Positions 1-8,637 of a stretch of 11,864 bases of DNA are shown here, one piece after another. The notes under the pieces were generated by a model that made no database searches, was not told the origin of the DNA, and saw only the letters and a program-made list of their open reading frames with translations. Source of the stretch: Octopus sinensis (Eukaryota); contig NW_021826856.1 in NCBI RefSeq assembly GCF_006345805.1, forward strand, positions 1-11,864. Direction: 5' to 3'. The position numbers and the translations under genes are program-made. Numbering within the stretch: the first letter of the stretch is position 1; the number at the start of each line of letters is the position of its first letter.

Positions 1-95
1 GTCATTACAATCAAAACACAGAGGGCTGGAAACTGATTCTGCAAGGTGTCTTTCTTGTCCAACGCTCTAACAGTCCGGACAATAACTATCCTAAA

Positions 96-238
96 TTAGT
101 ACTTTTTTTATCGACCCTCGAAAGGATGAATAGCAAAATTAACCTCGGCTGGATTTGAACTCAGAATGCAAATACACAGAACAAATTCCGCCAAGCATTC
201 TACTCAATGCTATGGTGATTCTACAAATTCGCTGCCTT
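96..238 (-). mobile_element. Degenerate tRNA-type SINE (family B), 5' part
   Basis: The reverse complement aligns by eye with the + strand copy at 5038-5177: ttatcgaccctcgaaaggatgaa...acctcggctggatttgaactcagaa...ccgccaagcatt...tcgctgcctt versus aagcggcga...aatgcttagcgg...ttctgagtacaaattccgccgaggt...ttcatcctttt...tcgataaaataagtac. B-box-like GAGTTCAAATCC on the minus strand. Confidence 0.8.
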
Positions 239-282
239 TGGTTAGGGTAATTAACTCTCTCTTGTCTATGGGGAAGATAATC

Positions 283-930
283 AGCTCTCTCTTTCTCTTT
301 TCCTTTCTTTCATTCTTTATTTCCATCTCTCCCCTCTATTTCTCCTCTCCCTCTCTCTCTCTTCTCTCTCTTTTTTCTCTCTCTCTTTTCTCTCTCTCCG
401 TTTCTTCCCTCTCTCTTCTCTCTTTTCACTCTCTCTTCTCTCTCTCTTTCTCTTTTCCTTTCTTTCATTCTTTATTTCCATCTCTCCCCTCTATTTCTCC
501 TCTCCCTCTCTCTGTCTCGCTCTCTCTTTTTTGTTTCTTTATCTCCGTCTCCCTCTCTCCATCTCTCCCCTCTATTTCTCCCTTCTCTTTCTCTGTTCCC
601 TTTTCTTTCTTTCTTTCCATCTCTCCCCTCTATTTCTCCTCTACCTCTCTCTCTGTCTCGCTCTCTCTTTTTCTTTCTTTATATATCTCTCTCTCTCTCT
701 CTCTCCATCTCTCCCCTCTATTTCTCCCTTCTCTTTCTCTGTTCCCTTTTTTTTCTTTCTTTCTTTCTTTCTTTCTTTCTTTCCATCTCTCCCCTCTATT
801 TCTCCTCTACCTCTCTCTCTGTCTCACTCTCTCTTTTTTCTTTCTTTATCTCTCTCTCTCTCTCTCTCTCCATCTTTCCCCTCTATTTCTCCCTTCTCTT
901 TCTCTGTTCCATTTTCTTTCTTTCTTTCTT

Positions 931-972
<42 letters not shown>
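283..972. repeat. CT-rich polypyrimidine minisatellite/microsatellite with a 23-bp recurring core
   Basis: Almost pure C/T on the + strand. The core ccatctctcccctctatttctcc starts at 323, 478, 559, 617, 705, 783 and 870 (the last with one mismatch), separated by (CT)n and (CTTT)n runs. Confidence 0.97.
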
Positions 973-1139
973 GAAATAAATCTAATTAACTGTCAACATC
1001 CAATATTCTGCCTACGTGCCAATAACCAAGGCTTAAACAGCCGATCACCGGAGCACCCAGTCCAGTCCAACTCACAATCAATTAGCGCCGAGAAGGAGAC
1101 AGACCTACACTTATTACGGACGACTAATACTGACGCTTG

Positions 1140-1235
1140 TACAAGGTGTGACAGAAACACTTCACATATTTTACACGGCTATTGGTATGGCACTAGCAAA
1201 GTTAGGCAGATGACCATGATGTGTCGATATGCTCT
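1140..1235 (+). mobile_element. Possible left terminus (TA + TIR) of a Tc1/mariner-superfamily DNA transposon
   Basis: TA at 1140-1141 is followed by CAAGGTGTGACAGAAA, resembling TA-CAGGGTG.. termini. It lies upstream of, and in the same orientation as, the transposase relic at 2236. No partner TIR was found. Confidence 0.35.
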
Positions 1236-1646
1236 TACTCTTTAAATCTTTTACTTGTTTCAGTCATTTGACTGCGGCCATGCTGGAGCACCACCTTTAG
1301 TCGAGCAAATCGACCCCGGGACTTATTCTTTGTAAGCCCAGTACTTATTCTATCGGTCTCTTTTGCCGAACCGCTAAGTAACGGAGACGTAAACACACCA
1401 GCATCGGTTGTCAAGTGATGTTGGAGGGGATAAACACAGACACACAAACACATACACACACATACATATATATATATACATATATACGACAGGCTTCATT
1501 CAGTTTCCGTCTACCAAATCCACTCACAAGGCATTGGTCGGCCCGGGGCTCTAGCAGAAGACACTTGCCCAAGATGCCACGCAGTGGGACTGAACCCGGA
1601 ACCATGTGGTTGGTTAGCAAGCTACTTACCACACAGCCACTCCTGC
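1236..1646 (-). mobile_element. Near full-length tRNA-derived SINE (family A, octopus-type)
   Basis: The minus strand begins GCAGGAGTGGCTGTGTGGTAAG, with A box TGGCTGTGTGG (1639-1629) and B box GGTTCAGTCCC (1596-1586). A CTTGGGCAAGT CORE-like segment follows, then an internal (TA)/(TG) microsatellite (about 1435-1486), a 3' body and an AAAGAGT-like tail near 1236. Older copies lie at 1652, 8021 and 11213. Confidence 0.92.
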
Positions 1647-1651
1647 ATCTT

Positions 1652-1860
1652 TAGTCTTTGACTCGTTTTAGTCATTGGTTTGCGGCCATGCTGGGGTGCG
1701 GACTTGAAGAATTTTTGGTCGAGTGAATCGACACCAGTACTTATTCTTTTAAAGTCTGGTACTTATTCTATCGATCTCTTTTGCCGATGCAAGCACAGCA
1801 ACACTAGTTGCCAAGCGATGGTAGAGGAAAACAAACATAGATATAAACACATACACACGC
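1652..1860 (-). mobile_element. Older SINE family A copy, 3' half only
   Basis: Colinear similarity to 1240-1460: agtcatt..tgcggccatgctgg, gtcgag..aatcgac, acttattcttt, gtacttattctatcg.tctcttttgccga, caag.gatg. Confidence 0.88.
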
Positions 1861-1862
1861 AA

Positions 1863-1928
<66 letters not shown>

Positions 1929-1932
1929 GGAG
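1863..1932. repeat. (TA)n(GA)n compound microsatellite
   Basis: Directly visible dinucleotide runs. Confidence 0.97.
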
Positions 1933-2069
1933 AGAGTGGTTGTATACCGTCAACTTAACATGACAGTCCCGTATGGGAATTACACCACCGCTGTTTAGCC
2001 CTAGGAAGAATCGGTGGTGTAATTCCCATACGGGACTGTCACGTTAAGTTGACGGTATACAACCACTCT
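1933..2069. repeat. 58-bp inverted repeat with 21-nt spacer (57/58 matched)
   Basis: 1933-1990 is the reverse complement of 2012-2069 except A1960 opposite C2042. Spacer ctgtttagccctaggaagaat (1991-2011). Confidence 0.98.
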
Positions 2070-2124
2070 ATCGCTCCACCACCGCTCATGTCTCTTTGAG
2101 ACATTTAGAAATTTAATATTTCTG

Positions 2125-2180
2125 ATATATATATACTATATATATATATTATATATATATATTATATTATATACATATAA
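2125..2180. repeat. Imperfect (TA)n microsatellite
   Basis: Directly visible. Confidence 0.9.
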
Positions 2181-2235
2181 ACAACAGGCTTCTTTCTCTG
2201 CACCTATATAATTAATATGTTTTTTTTTTGCTGCC

Positions 2236-2925
2236 ATAGCTTGAACCAGTACATACCGTGCATTTGCTATTGAAACACTTGTCCAAAACAATGAATCTGT
2301 GATTGCAATGTAAAGAACTTTTCTAATTAGTTTCGAGCTAAATGGAAATGATGTTATGCCAAACCAAAAACCCATGTTGTTATGGAATGAAAATTTGAAG
2401 CCCAGATATTCAACGCAAAAAAAAAAAAGGAAGAAAAAAAACACATCTTAAGACCTTGGGGCATTTGAACTCCAGTTAGTGACAAAGTTGTGAAATAGTC
2501 TGCTTTACAACCTCCTGAACGTTCAGCCCTTAAACTTGCTTTTGCTTTGAGGCTGTCTAATCGAACAGTCAGAAGAATTTTTTCACACCGATCACTCAAG
2601 TTTCATCCATGCAAAATTATGCTTGATCAAGAACTTAATGAACATGATTAACAAAACCACATGACATGCTGTGAGGATATTCATCTCAATATTCTTACAG
2701 TTGGTGTTCTACTCGAAAAGCGACGAAGCCCACTTTATCAGTCTGGTTGTGTCCATAAGCAAAAATTTTCATTACTGGGCCGAAAACAATCTTAAACGAC
2801 TTCATGGAAAATTTCAACACAGCGAAGGAGTTACTGTGCGGAGCACTGTTGTAAATTTGTGTGTTTAGAGCCCCTCGCTTATTTTAGGATGGGAGCAGCC
2901 AAACGGTTTCAGTGAAATATGATCG

Positions 2926-2929
<4 letters not shown>
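2236..2929 (+). pseudogene. Decayed IS630-Tc1-mariner transposase (DUF4817-type HTH N-terminus, probably DD41D/rosa group), N-terminal part
   Basis: Manual translation across stops and frameshifts: (ATA for M)A*TSTYRAFAIETLVQNNESVIAM*RTF...NDVMPNQKPMLLWNENL...KKK / RPWGI*TP...PERSALKLAFALRLSNRTVRRIF...LKFHPCKIMLDQELNEHD / SDEAHF / SGCVHKQ / NFHYWAENNLKRLH...HSEGVTV / QTVSVKYDR*. This follows the recalled family pattern SDEAHF..G.VNKQN.RYWA.ENP...HS..VTVW...TV..DRY. The second and third catalytic Asp regions are missing. Confidence 0.9.
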
Positions 2930-2965
<36 letters not shown>

Positions 2966-3091
2966 CAGCAGCAGGCAGTAGTAGTAGTAGTAGTTGCATC
3001 AGCAGCAGCAACAGCAGTAGTAGTTGTAGTTGTAGTAGTAGTAATAGTTGCAGTAACAGCAGAAGTAGCTGTAGTAGTAGTAGTAGTAGTT

Positions 3092-3152
<61 letters not shown>

Positions 3153-3227
3153 AAGAAGAAGAAGAAGAAGAAAAAGAAAAACAACAACAACAATAACAAC
3201 AACAACAACTACTACTACTACTACTAC
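2926..3227. repeat. Compound trinucleotide microsatellite (TAG)n/(CAG)n-(GAA)n-(CAA)n-(CTA)n
   Basis: Directly visible. It explains the poly-Y/F/L ORF at 2999-3208. Confidence 0.98.
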
Positions 3228-4160
3228 TCTATAGAATGTACAGAGTAGTTGACAAAGCGAAAATCGACATACTGTTGTTTCCTTGATTCTTCAGTCTTTG
3301 GTTTCGTTTGTGCCAAATCTTAATAAAATGAGACAAAGATTCAACTGTCTCAATTAGGCGAAAAGATACGCGGAGCGAGTTAAGCGGAACAGGTACACCG
3401 GAAATCGAAACTGCGTCTCAAGCACAATCTTTTTGAGAACTGGTCACCTTTCTACATCATATACAACAACAGAAGGCAGGTGGCGAGCCATACCAGCAAG
3501 AATTTGCAACCAGATCTTCAAACATCATTCTACCACCGAGAACAACGCTGAGGCGTTCATCTAGGCAGCTGGCAAGAACGTGTCAAAACATATGAAATGC
3601 CGACTTACAAGGCGGCCACGAACGATGCAAAATTACCAAGATTTGGTAGAGATAATGGAGTATATATAAAAGAAAAGGTATTGTGAAAACTTTAATTTGG
3701 AAATGATAAAAAGAACTTTAAATTCTGAAAAAAAATGTTGAACTTTGTAAAATTTTTGAAATGTATGTTGAAAATGTGTAAAATGTTTTTATTTGGAAAA
3801 TATTGTTGACGAATAAAAAATGACGAAAAGTAACCGCTCGATTTCGGGGATCGAGTGGGCATTACACCACATTGTACAAACTTCATATTTCATTATTTTA
3901 TTTTTTCCCGATTGTATTGTCCCCTCTATGTTGCCCCTTGTGGGTAGGAATAAAACAATTCTACCACCGTAAAAATTGCCTGCATATTGGCTAATGTAGT
4001 GCTATAATCGCAATGCCTCAGGAAAAGTTGCGATGGTTATGGTTGGAACATCATTGTTCGTAGGTTTACTCAATCATAGATGTCCGAGAGCTTAACAACT
4101 ACAACAAAGTTTTAGTCGATCATATCGGCCTTAGCATTCATTCACCTAGGGTCGGAATTA

Positions 4161-4228
4161 AGGACAATTAATGCCCAAATAGCCCAAGGACAATTAAATA
4201 GGACAATTAATGCCCTAAATAGCCCAAG
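4161..4228. repeat. Short local tandem duplication
   Basis: aggacaattaatgccc(t)aaatagcccaag occurs at 4161-4188 and 4200-4228, with a partial third aggacaatta at 4187-4196. Confidence 0.92.
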
Positions 4229-4721
4229 TATGCCGCCCCTTCGACTGTTGTATTGTCTATCTGATAAAAAGTTTAGACTTAATAGGAGCTGCATGTGAAA
4301 TAATAGTAAGTTTCAAGTTGAGTTTTCTTTCAGATCAGCTTGCAGCGCAGACCCCACAGCAAGATTAAATGTAATCTATTTTGTTTTATTTTATTTATTT
4401 AACATCAAAACTAGTAATATAAGCAAATCATTTACTAAAAAAAGGTCAAAAGGAAACAGGCAGATTTTCAACATTTTTGATTAATTAAAAAATGTTATAA
4501 ATTACCATTTGCACTTTGGTAAATCTGACACTAGAATAACTTTGTGGTTCTCTAAGTATGTATTTATTCTGCGTAATGCTTAATCAGACCACGATTGAGT
4601 CTGGGATTTGTTTTATTGATCTCACTAATATCGAATCAATGGATTACACTTTTGACTCACCACCAGTTTTTACACGGGATAAAAACAAACACAAACATTG
4701 ACACAAAAGCACACATGCACA

Positions 4722-4798
4722 TTAATATATATATATTACAGTATATATATATATATTATATATATATAGATAATATATATATATAGTATATATATATA
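4722..4798. repeat. Imperfect (TA)n microsatellite
   Basis: Directly visible. Confidence 0.93.
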
Positions 4799-5030
4799 AA
4801 GTTAATCCAAAACATGACAAACACAAAGAGTAAAACACACAAACAAAGGGAGGGACGTTGGAACAAGTATATAGTGTTATTGGACACGCTCAGGACACGG
4901 AGGGGAAAGGAAGAAAGAAGGAGGATTTAACGTTTCGAGCGGAGCTCCTTCGCCAGAAACATAGGAAAAGGAAAGATCCAAGGAAAGGAAGACAGGAAAA
5001 AAATTGCCAACGATACACACGCGGTCACAA
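4799..5030 (-). mobile_element. Penelope pLTR-like short repeat with hammerhead-like motif, copy 1
   Basis: Minus-strand order: atcgtt..caattttt, pyrimidine tract, GA-AG-GAGC-TCC-GCTC-GAAACGTT, tcctgagcg, aata, T-rich end abutting (TA)n. The same order of blocks is seen at 8888-9082. Confidence 0.7.
4925..4960 (-). ncRNA. Minimal type I hammerhead ribozyme-like motif (variant core CUGGCGA)
   Basis: GUUU-CUGGCGA-AG-GAGC(UCC)GCUC-GAAA-CGU-U-AAAU. Stem I GUUU/AAAU, 4-bp stem II, palindromic AACGUU stem III region. Differs from CUGANGA at A6. Confidence 0.62.
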
Positions 5031-5037
5031 TGTATTA

Positions 5038-5237
5038 AAGCGGCGAGCTGATATGATCGTTAACAAGCCGGGCGAAATGCTTAGCGGTATTTCGTCTGTC
5101 TTCATGTTCTGAGTACAAATTCCGCCGAGGTCGACATTGTCTTTCATCCTTTTGTGATCGATAAAATAAGTACCAGTTGAGCACTTGTGTCGGTGTAATC
5201 GACTTACACCCCCGCCCGAATTTGTTGGCCTTGTGAC
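5038..5237 (+). mobile_element. tRNA-type SINE (family B)
   Basis: GC-richer unit with head GCGGCGAGCTG..ATCGTTAAC, B-box-like GAGTACAAATTC (5111-5122) and body ..TCGATAAAATAAGTACCAGT..TAATCGACT. A second copy lies inverted at 96-238. Confidence 0.85.
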
Positions 5238-5252
5238 CCTCCGACTGAGACA

Positions 5253-5400
5253 CGTCTGGTCTTTTCTCTTTATTTTTCTATCTCCTCATTTATTCTTTCC
5301 GTAGAAGACCGTATAGTCGAAACGTTAAAGGCTTCTTTCAATTTTCCTAGCGTCGGCCTAATACTACTAATACTATATTTTTCCTGAGTATCAAACTAAG
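5253..5400 (+). mobile_element. Penelope pLTR-like short repeat with hammerhead-like motif, copy 2
   Basis: Pyrimidine tract, gtagaagaccgtatagtcgaaacgttaaag, then ttcct(g)agcgtc..ctaatac (partially duplicated). Matches 8956-9022 (gtcgaagagcgtaggctcgaaacgtaaaag...ttcctgagcgccaaactaatac). Confidence 0.7.
5294..5331 (+). ncRNA. Minimal type I hammerhead ribozyme-like motif (variant core CCGUAGA)
   Basis: UCUUU-CCGUAGA-A-GAC(CGUAUA)GUC-GAAA-CGU-U-AAAGG. 5-bp stem I (one G-U), 3-bp stem II, AACGUU palindrome. Confidence 0.5.
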
Positions 5401-5459
5401 TTATGAACTGAAACAGGATTGAATTTAACGCAGGATTGAAACATAAATGTTTCTTAATG

Positions 5460-5659
5460 AAACATTTGTCTTTGTTCCAACTTACTGCATGACAAAATCG
5501 CAGACTACAGCATACAATTTCGAAGTAAAACACAGCGTTGTCACTCAGAACACTGTCTCATGAAGATCACTGCTAGCTCTCAATGCGCATATAACCGTAT
5601 GCTGCCATCTGTTGGCACGCTACAGAACTAGTCCGGAAACTTTTTGATACCACCTCGTA
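5460..5659 (-). mobile_element. 5' fragment of a mariner-like element (TIR, leader, start of transposase)
   Basis: The minus strand reads TA-CGAGGTGGTATCAAAAAGTTTCCGGACT (5659-5630), a typical mariner TIR. Then come the subterminal GCCAACAGATGGCAGCA (5616-5600), ATG at 5490 and a frameshifted LEQR (5480-5469) resembling the mariner N-terminal EQR..IKF motif. No second TIR in the window. Confidence 0.8.
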
Positions 5660-8020
5660 ACTTACTTCATTACTTATAGCAATATGTTTAGTTCCAGTTC
5701 AGCAATAGGTTACAGACTCACGAATCTTCGCCTCGTGGCGTGATGTTTTGCCATTTAAGCCATCTGCTCACTGAAATTCAATATTCTACTTCTCAAGTTC
5801 AATAGTTCGTATCTTAGGTAAAATGCCAGCTACAAATCCGAATGAATTCATTAAAATTACTGAAGGAGAGCTAAATTTGTATCAACGTCAGACGTCGTCA
5901 ACGACTCCTGGTCAAGTTATCTCCGATTCATTTTATGAAACTTGAACTTTGTGAAATTGCTTGATTTTAAATTAAACTACCCGTATCCATTCAGCAAGTG
6001 TCCAGCTTTCTTTAGCGATTCTCTTTCAATGCTATTCACAATTGTAACTAACTGTTGAAGACATCCATTTATTATCTGTTTATTTCAGCAATGCCGAACT
6101 TATCTGTAACAACGAAAATACAATCCGATTTAGAACAGGAAGTTTGCTAATTCACAGCTTCCGTCTTTAAACCGCCATCTTTAAGAATCATACACTGAAG
6201 AAAAATATGACAAAAGAAAGAGGGAAAGAGAGGGGGAGATAGATAGAAAGAAAGAAAGATAGAACGAGAAATATACTTTAACCTCTAGGATAACAGGTAA
6301 TTAATGATATATCACTGGTGTAAAGTATGAAAGAGCAGTGCGGAACTAATTAGATCTGTATAAATATTGACTTTTTCCCTTGATATCAGTTTAGCAAACA
6401 TGGCGACAACGTTTCTCTAAGATTGCCTGATAAGTGTTAGTTGAAAGAAAGCACATGGACGCTATATGTCACAACAAGGGAATTTGTAAAGAGATACAGA
6501 CATAAAACCCATGGAAGAAAATAATTATTCTAAAGGAATAGCGACTTTAAAAGGCTTATAAAAATACATCAAGTAAAGGAAGGGTAACAACGCAATCAAT
6601 ATTTCATGATGAATTCTGCAGTGTTGGCTTTTCTAACACCATCGGACGACGTTGCTCATTGCAGATAACTAACAGAGGATGTAGCAACAGGTGTCGATCG
6701 TTGTTATTGTTGTTGCTGTTGTTCTTGTTATTACCGCTGTTGCAGTTGAAGGTATCACGGAAAGATTGAAACCTTTGAATATCTCGCTAATTTTAGCATC
6801 TCTTGGGAGGAAATATTCCCAAGACGTTTTCTATAACCTATTCCACTCTTTCCAGATCTATAGCGGGAGTTCAACTCAGTACTGAAAACTAACAAAGCAG
6901 CATTAATTATAGATTGAGATCTCGGTTTACAATAGAGAACCGTACCAAATCCATGGATCCTATTTTCAGATATATTGCCTGAGGCATAAAATAAGAAATT
7001 ACTCAGGAATAACATACGAGTGTTTTATTTACTTCTGAGAAATGAAAGCCCTGTTAATACGGGAATGTATTGTAGCAGTAGTAATTATATTTTCCATGTT
7101 TATTGAACTAATATAATATCAACTTTATAGGGTAGGGGAAAATTTATTGGTTCGAGTTCTGGGCGATATTTATATACATTCATAAGAACTATGTTCAAAT
7201 ACCCATGAAGTCAATTTTACCTTTCAATTTCTTGTCGATGAATTTAATGCGAATCATGTCTTGCCGGTAGGTTGCTTTAATCAATAACATTTTTTAGCCA
7301 AAATGTGGATACTTGTACCAACGTTAGAAATCAATGTATATTTTTAGCGTCATCATTCTGTGAACTCGATGCCTTTCAACACTAGAAATTCTATTTCAAA
7401 GATTTGAGCTTAAAATTTAATCCTCGCAGACAAGTTTGTTTTTGTATTTACATATACGAAATTCACCGTCTATTGCATTGTTTATCTCATTGGGATACTC
7501 CTGAAGACCAAACCTCCGTGTCTTATTTCAAGAAAAGAATATATACTGCAATAGCTTTCTAAGGAAAGCTTTTTCAATTGACTTTCAATTCACATGAAGA
7601 ACTGAATTCTTCCTATTGAAGGGTCTTCAACAAAAAATACAATCCTGCATAAGACAAGAATTTGGCTGATAGAAATCACTCAACTTCAACCTGCAACCTT
7701 AAATGCTTTAACCGTTATCCGTCATCACTAAAACGCTTAACTATCATTTTAATTTTAAAAGTCCTGTGTCTGAGATGAACATGTAGAATGAAACTAACTT
7801 TTTTTAGAAGAAGGACCGGCATCTATAGCTCCTTTTTAAAGCCTCTGTGTCTGGTAGAAAGAAGGAAGTTACCCTTAGAGCGGTTACCTAATCTGAATAA
7901 TTATAACAACTTAGAGGACTCTGCTAAAAGTGCTCAACAATAAGATGATAGTGTTAAATTGAGCAAAGGATTAAGTTAACTACCTAGGAACAGGAACCGT
8001 CCTTCGAATGGTCTTCAATG

Positions 8021-8164
8021 TCATTTCCGTCTACCAAATTGTATTTTTCAAGATTTTAATTAATTCACAGCTATGGTAGAAAATACTTGCACAAGGAGTC
8101 GTGCATATGGATTGAGCATGAATCTACCTAATTATGAAACGAGCGTCTCAACAACTCAGTCATG
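8021..8164 (-). mobile_element. Old SINE family A copy, 5' head/core
   Basis: The exact 16-mer tttccgtctaccaaat occurs at 8024-8039 and 1504-1519. Colinear similarity continues (gcta..gtagaa.a.acttgc.caag, tgggattga) to the head region. Confidence 0.8.
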
Positions 8165-8519
8165 TGTCAAACAATATACTTACGTTTGTACTTTCATTAC
8201 CTAAGATAACTGCACATTTTTAGGAATATATTAAGAGTTAAGAAATGAGAATAATGAATAAAGAATAAACCTGATAACATTTAATTTTATCTGTCGTGTT
8301 ATGCTTGTATACAGAATAGTATGTAGTTTTACATCTACTGTACTTAAATGTTTGTATATTTACGTCATGTAAAGTGTGACAATTTTTATTTTACAAGTCT
8401 TGTAAACATGTACAAAACCGTTTACTGTTAGCGGTCTTTTACATCTCTACAACAACTGATCACTGATGTTAAGGACCATTCATAAAACAAATTTCGCTCC
8501 TTCCTGCGGTGAAAACATT

Positions 8520-8626
8520 TAAGTTGACAATGACGAAATCGAGACGATGGCAACATAATCGAGACTAGCGCTAACGAATTTGAGGTTGACATTTACGAGA
8601 TGGAGGTTGATAATGACGAATTTGAA
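8520..8626 (+). repeat. Degenerate 21-bp tandem repeat, five units
   Basis: Units: taagttgacaatgacgaaatc (8520), gagacgatggcaacataatc (8541, 20 nt), gagactagcgctaacgaattt (8561), gaggttgacatttacgagatg (8582), gaggttgataatgacgaattt (8603). Confidence 0.7.
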
Positions 8627-8637
8627 GAGGAAACCCA

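Noticed and set aside
323-892. CRISPR-like array (23-bp repeat with variable spacers)
   Set aside because: The spacers are themselves repeated low-complexity CT sequence; the context is eukaryotic and there are no cas genes.
166-1245. 359-aa ORF (and 531-989) resembling a hydrophobic membrane protein
   Set aside because: The S/L/F/P composition comes from the CT tract, which cannot contain stop codons; the ORF start lies in an antisense SINE.
1586-1646. tRNA gene
   Set aside because: A and B boxes are present but continue into a SINE body, with no convincing cloverleaf; this is a SINE head.
1235-1958. ORFs 1235-1459, 1411-1632, 1415-1654 and 1680-1958
   Set aside because: All are translations of SINE and microsatellite sequence.
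2136-2599. Minus-strand ORFs, including a CVEYLGF motif reminiscent of gypsy RT
   Set aside because: They are antisense to a much better supported + strand transposase relic; the motif is coincidental.
2671-2868. 65-aa ORF as a standalone gene
   Set aside because: It is one frame segment of the transposase pseudogene (SDEAHF, YWAENN).
6691-7015. ORFs 6691-6885 and 6755-7015
   Set aside because: The hydrophobic start derives from a degenerate (GTT)n tract; there are no domain motifs or clear splice structure.
7553-7570. Small hairpin agctttc-taag-gaaagct
   Set aside because: A 7-bp stem is expected by chance in 12 kb of AT-rich DNA.
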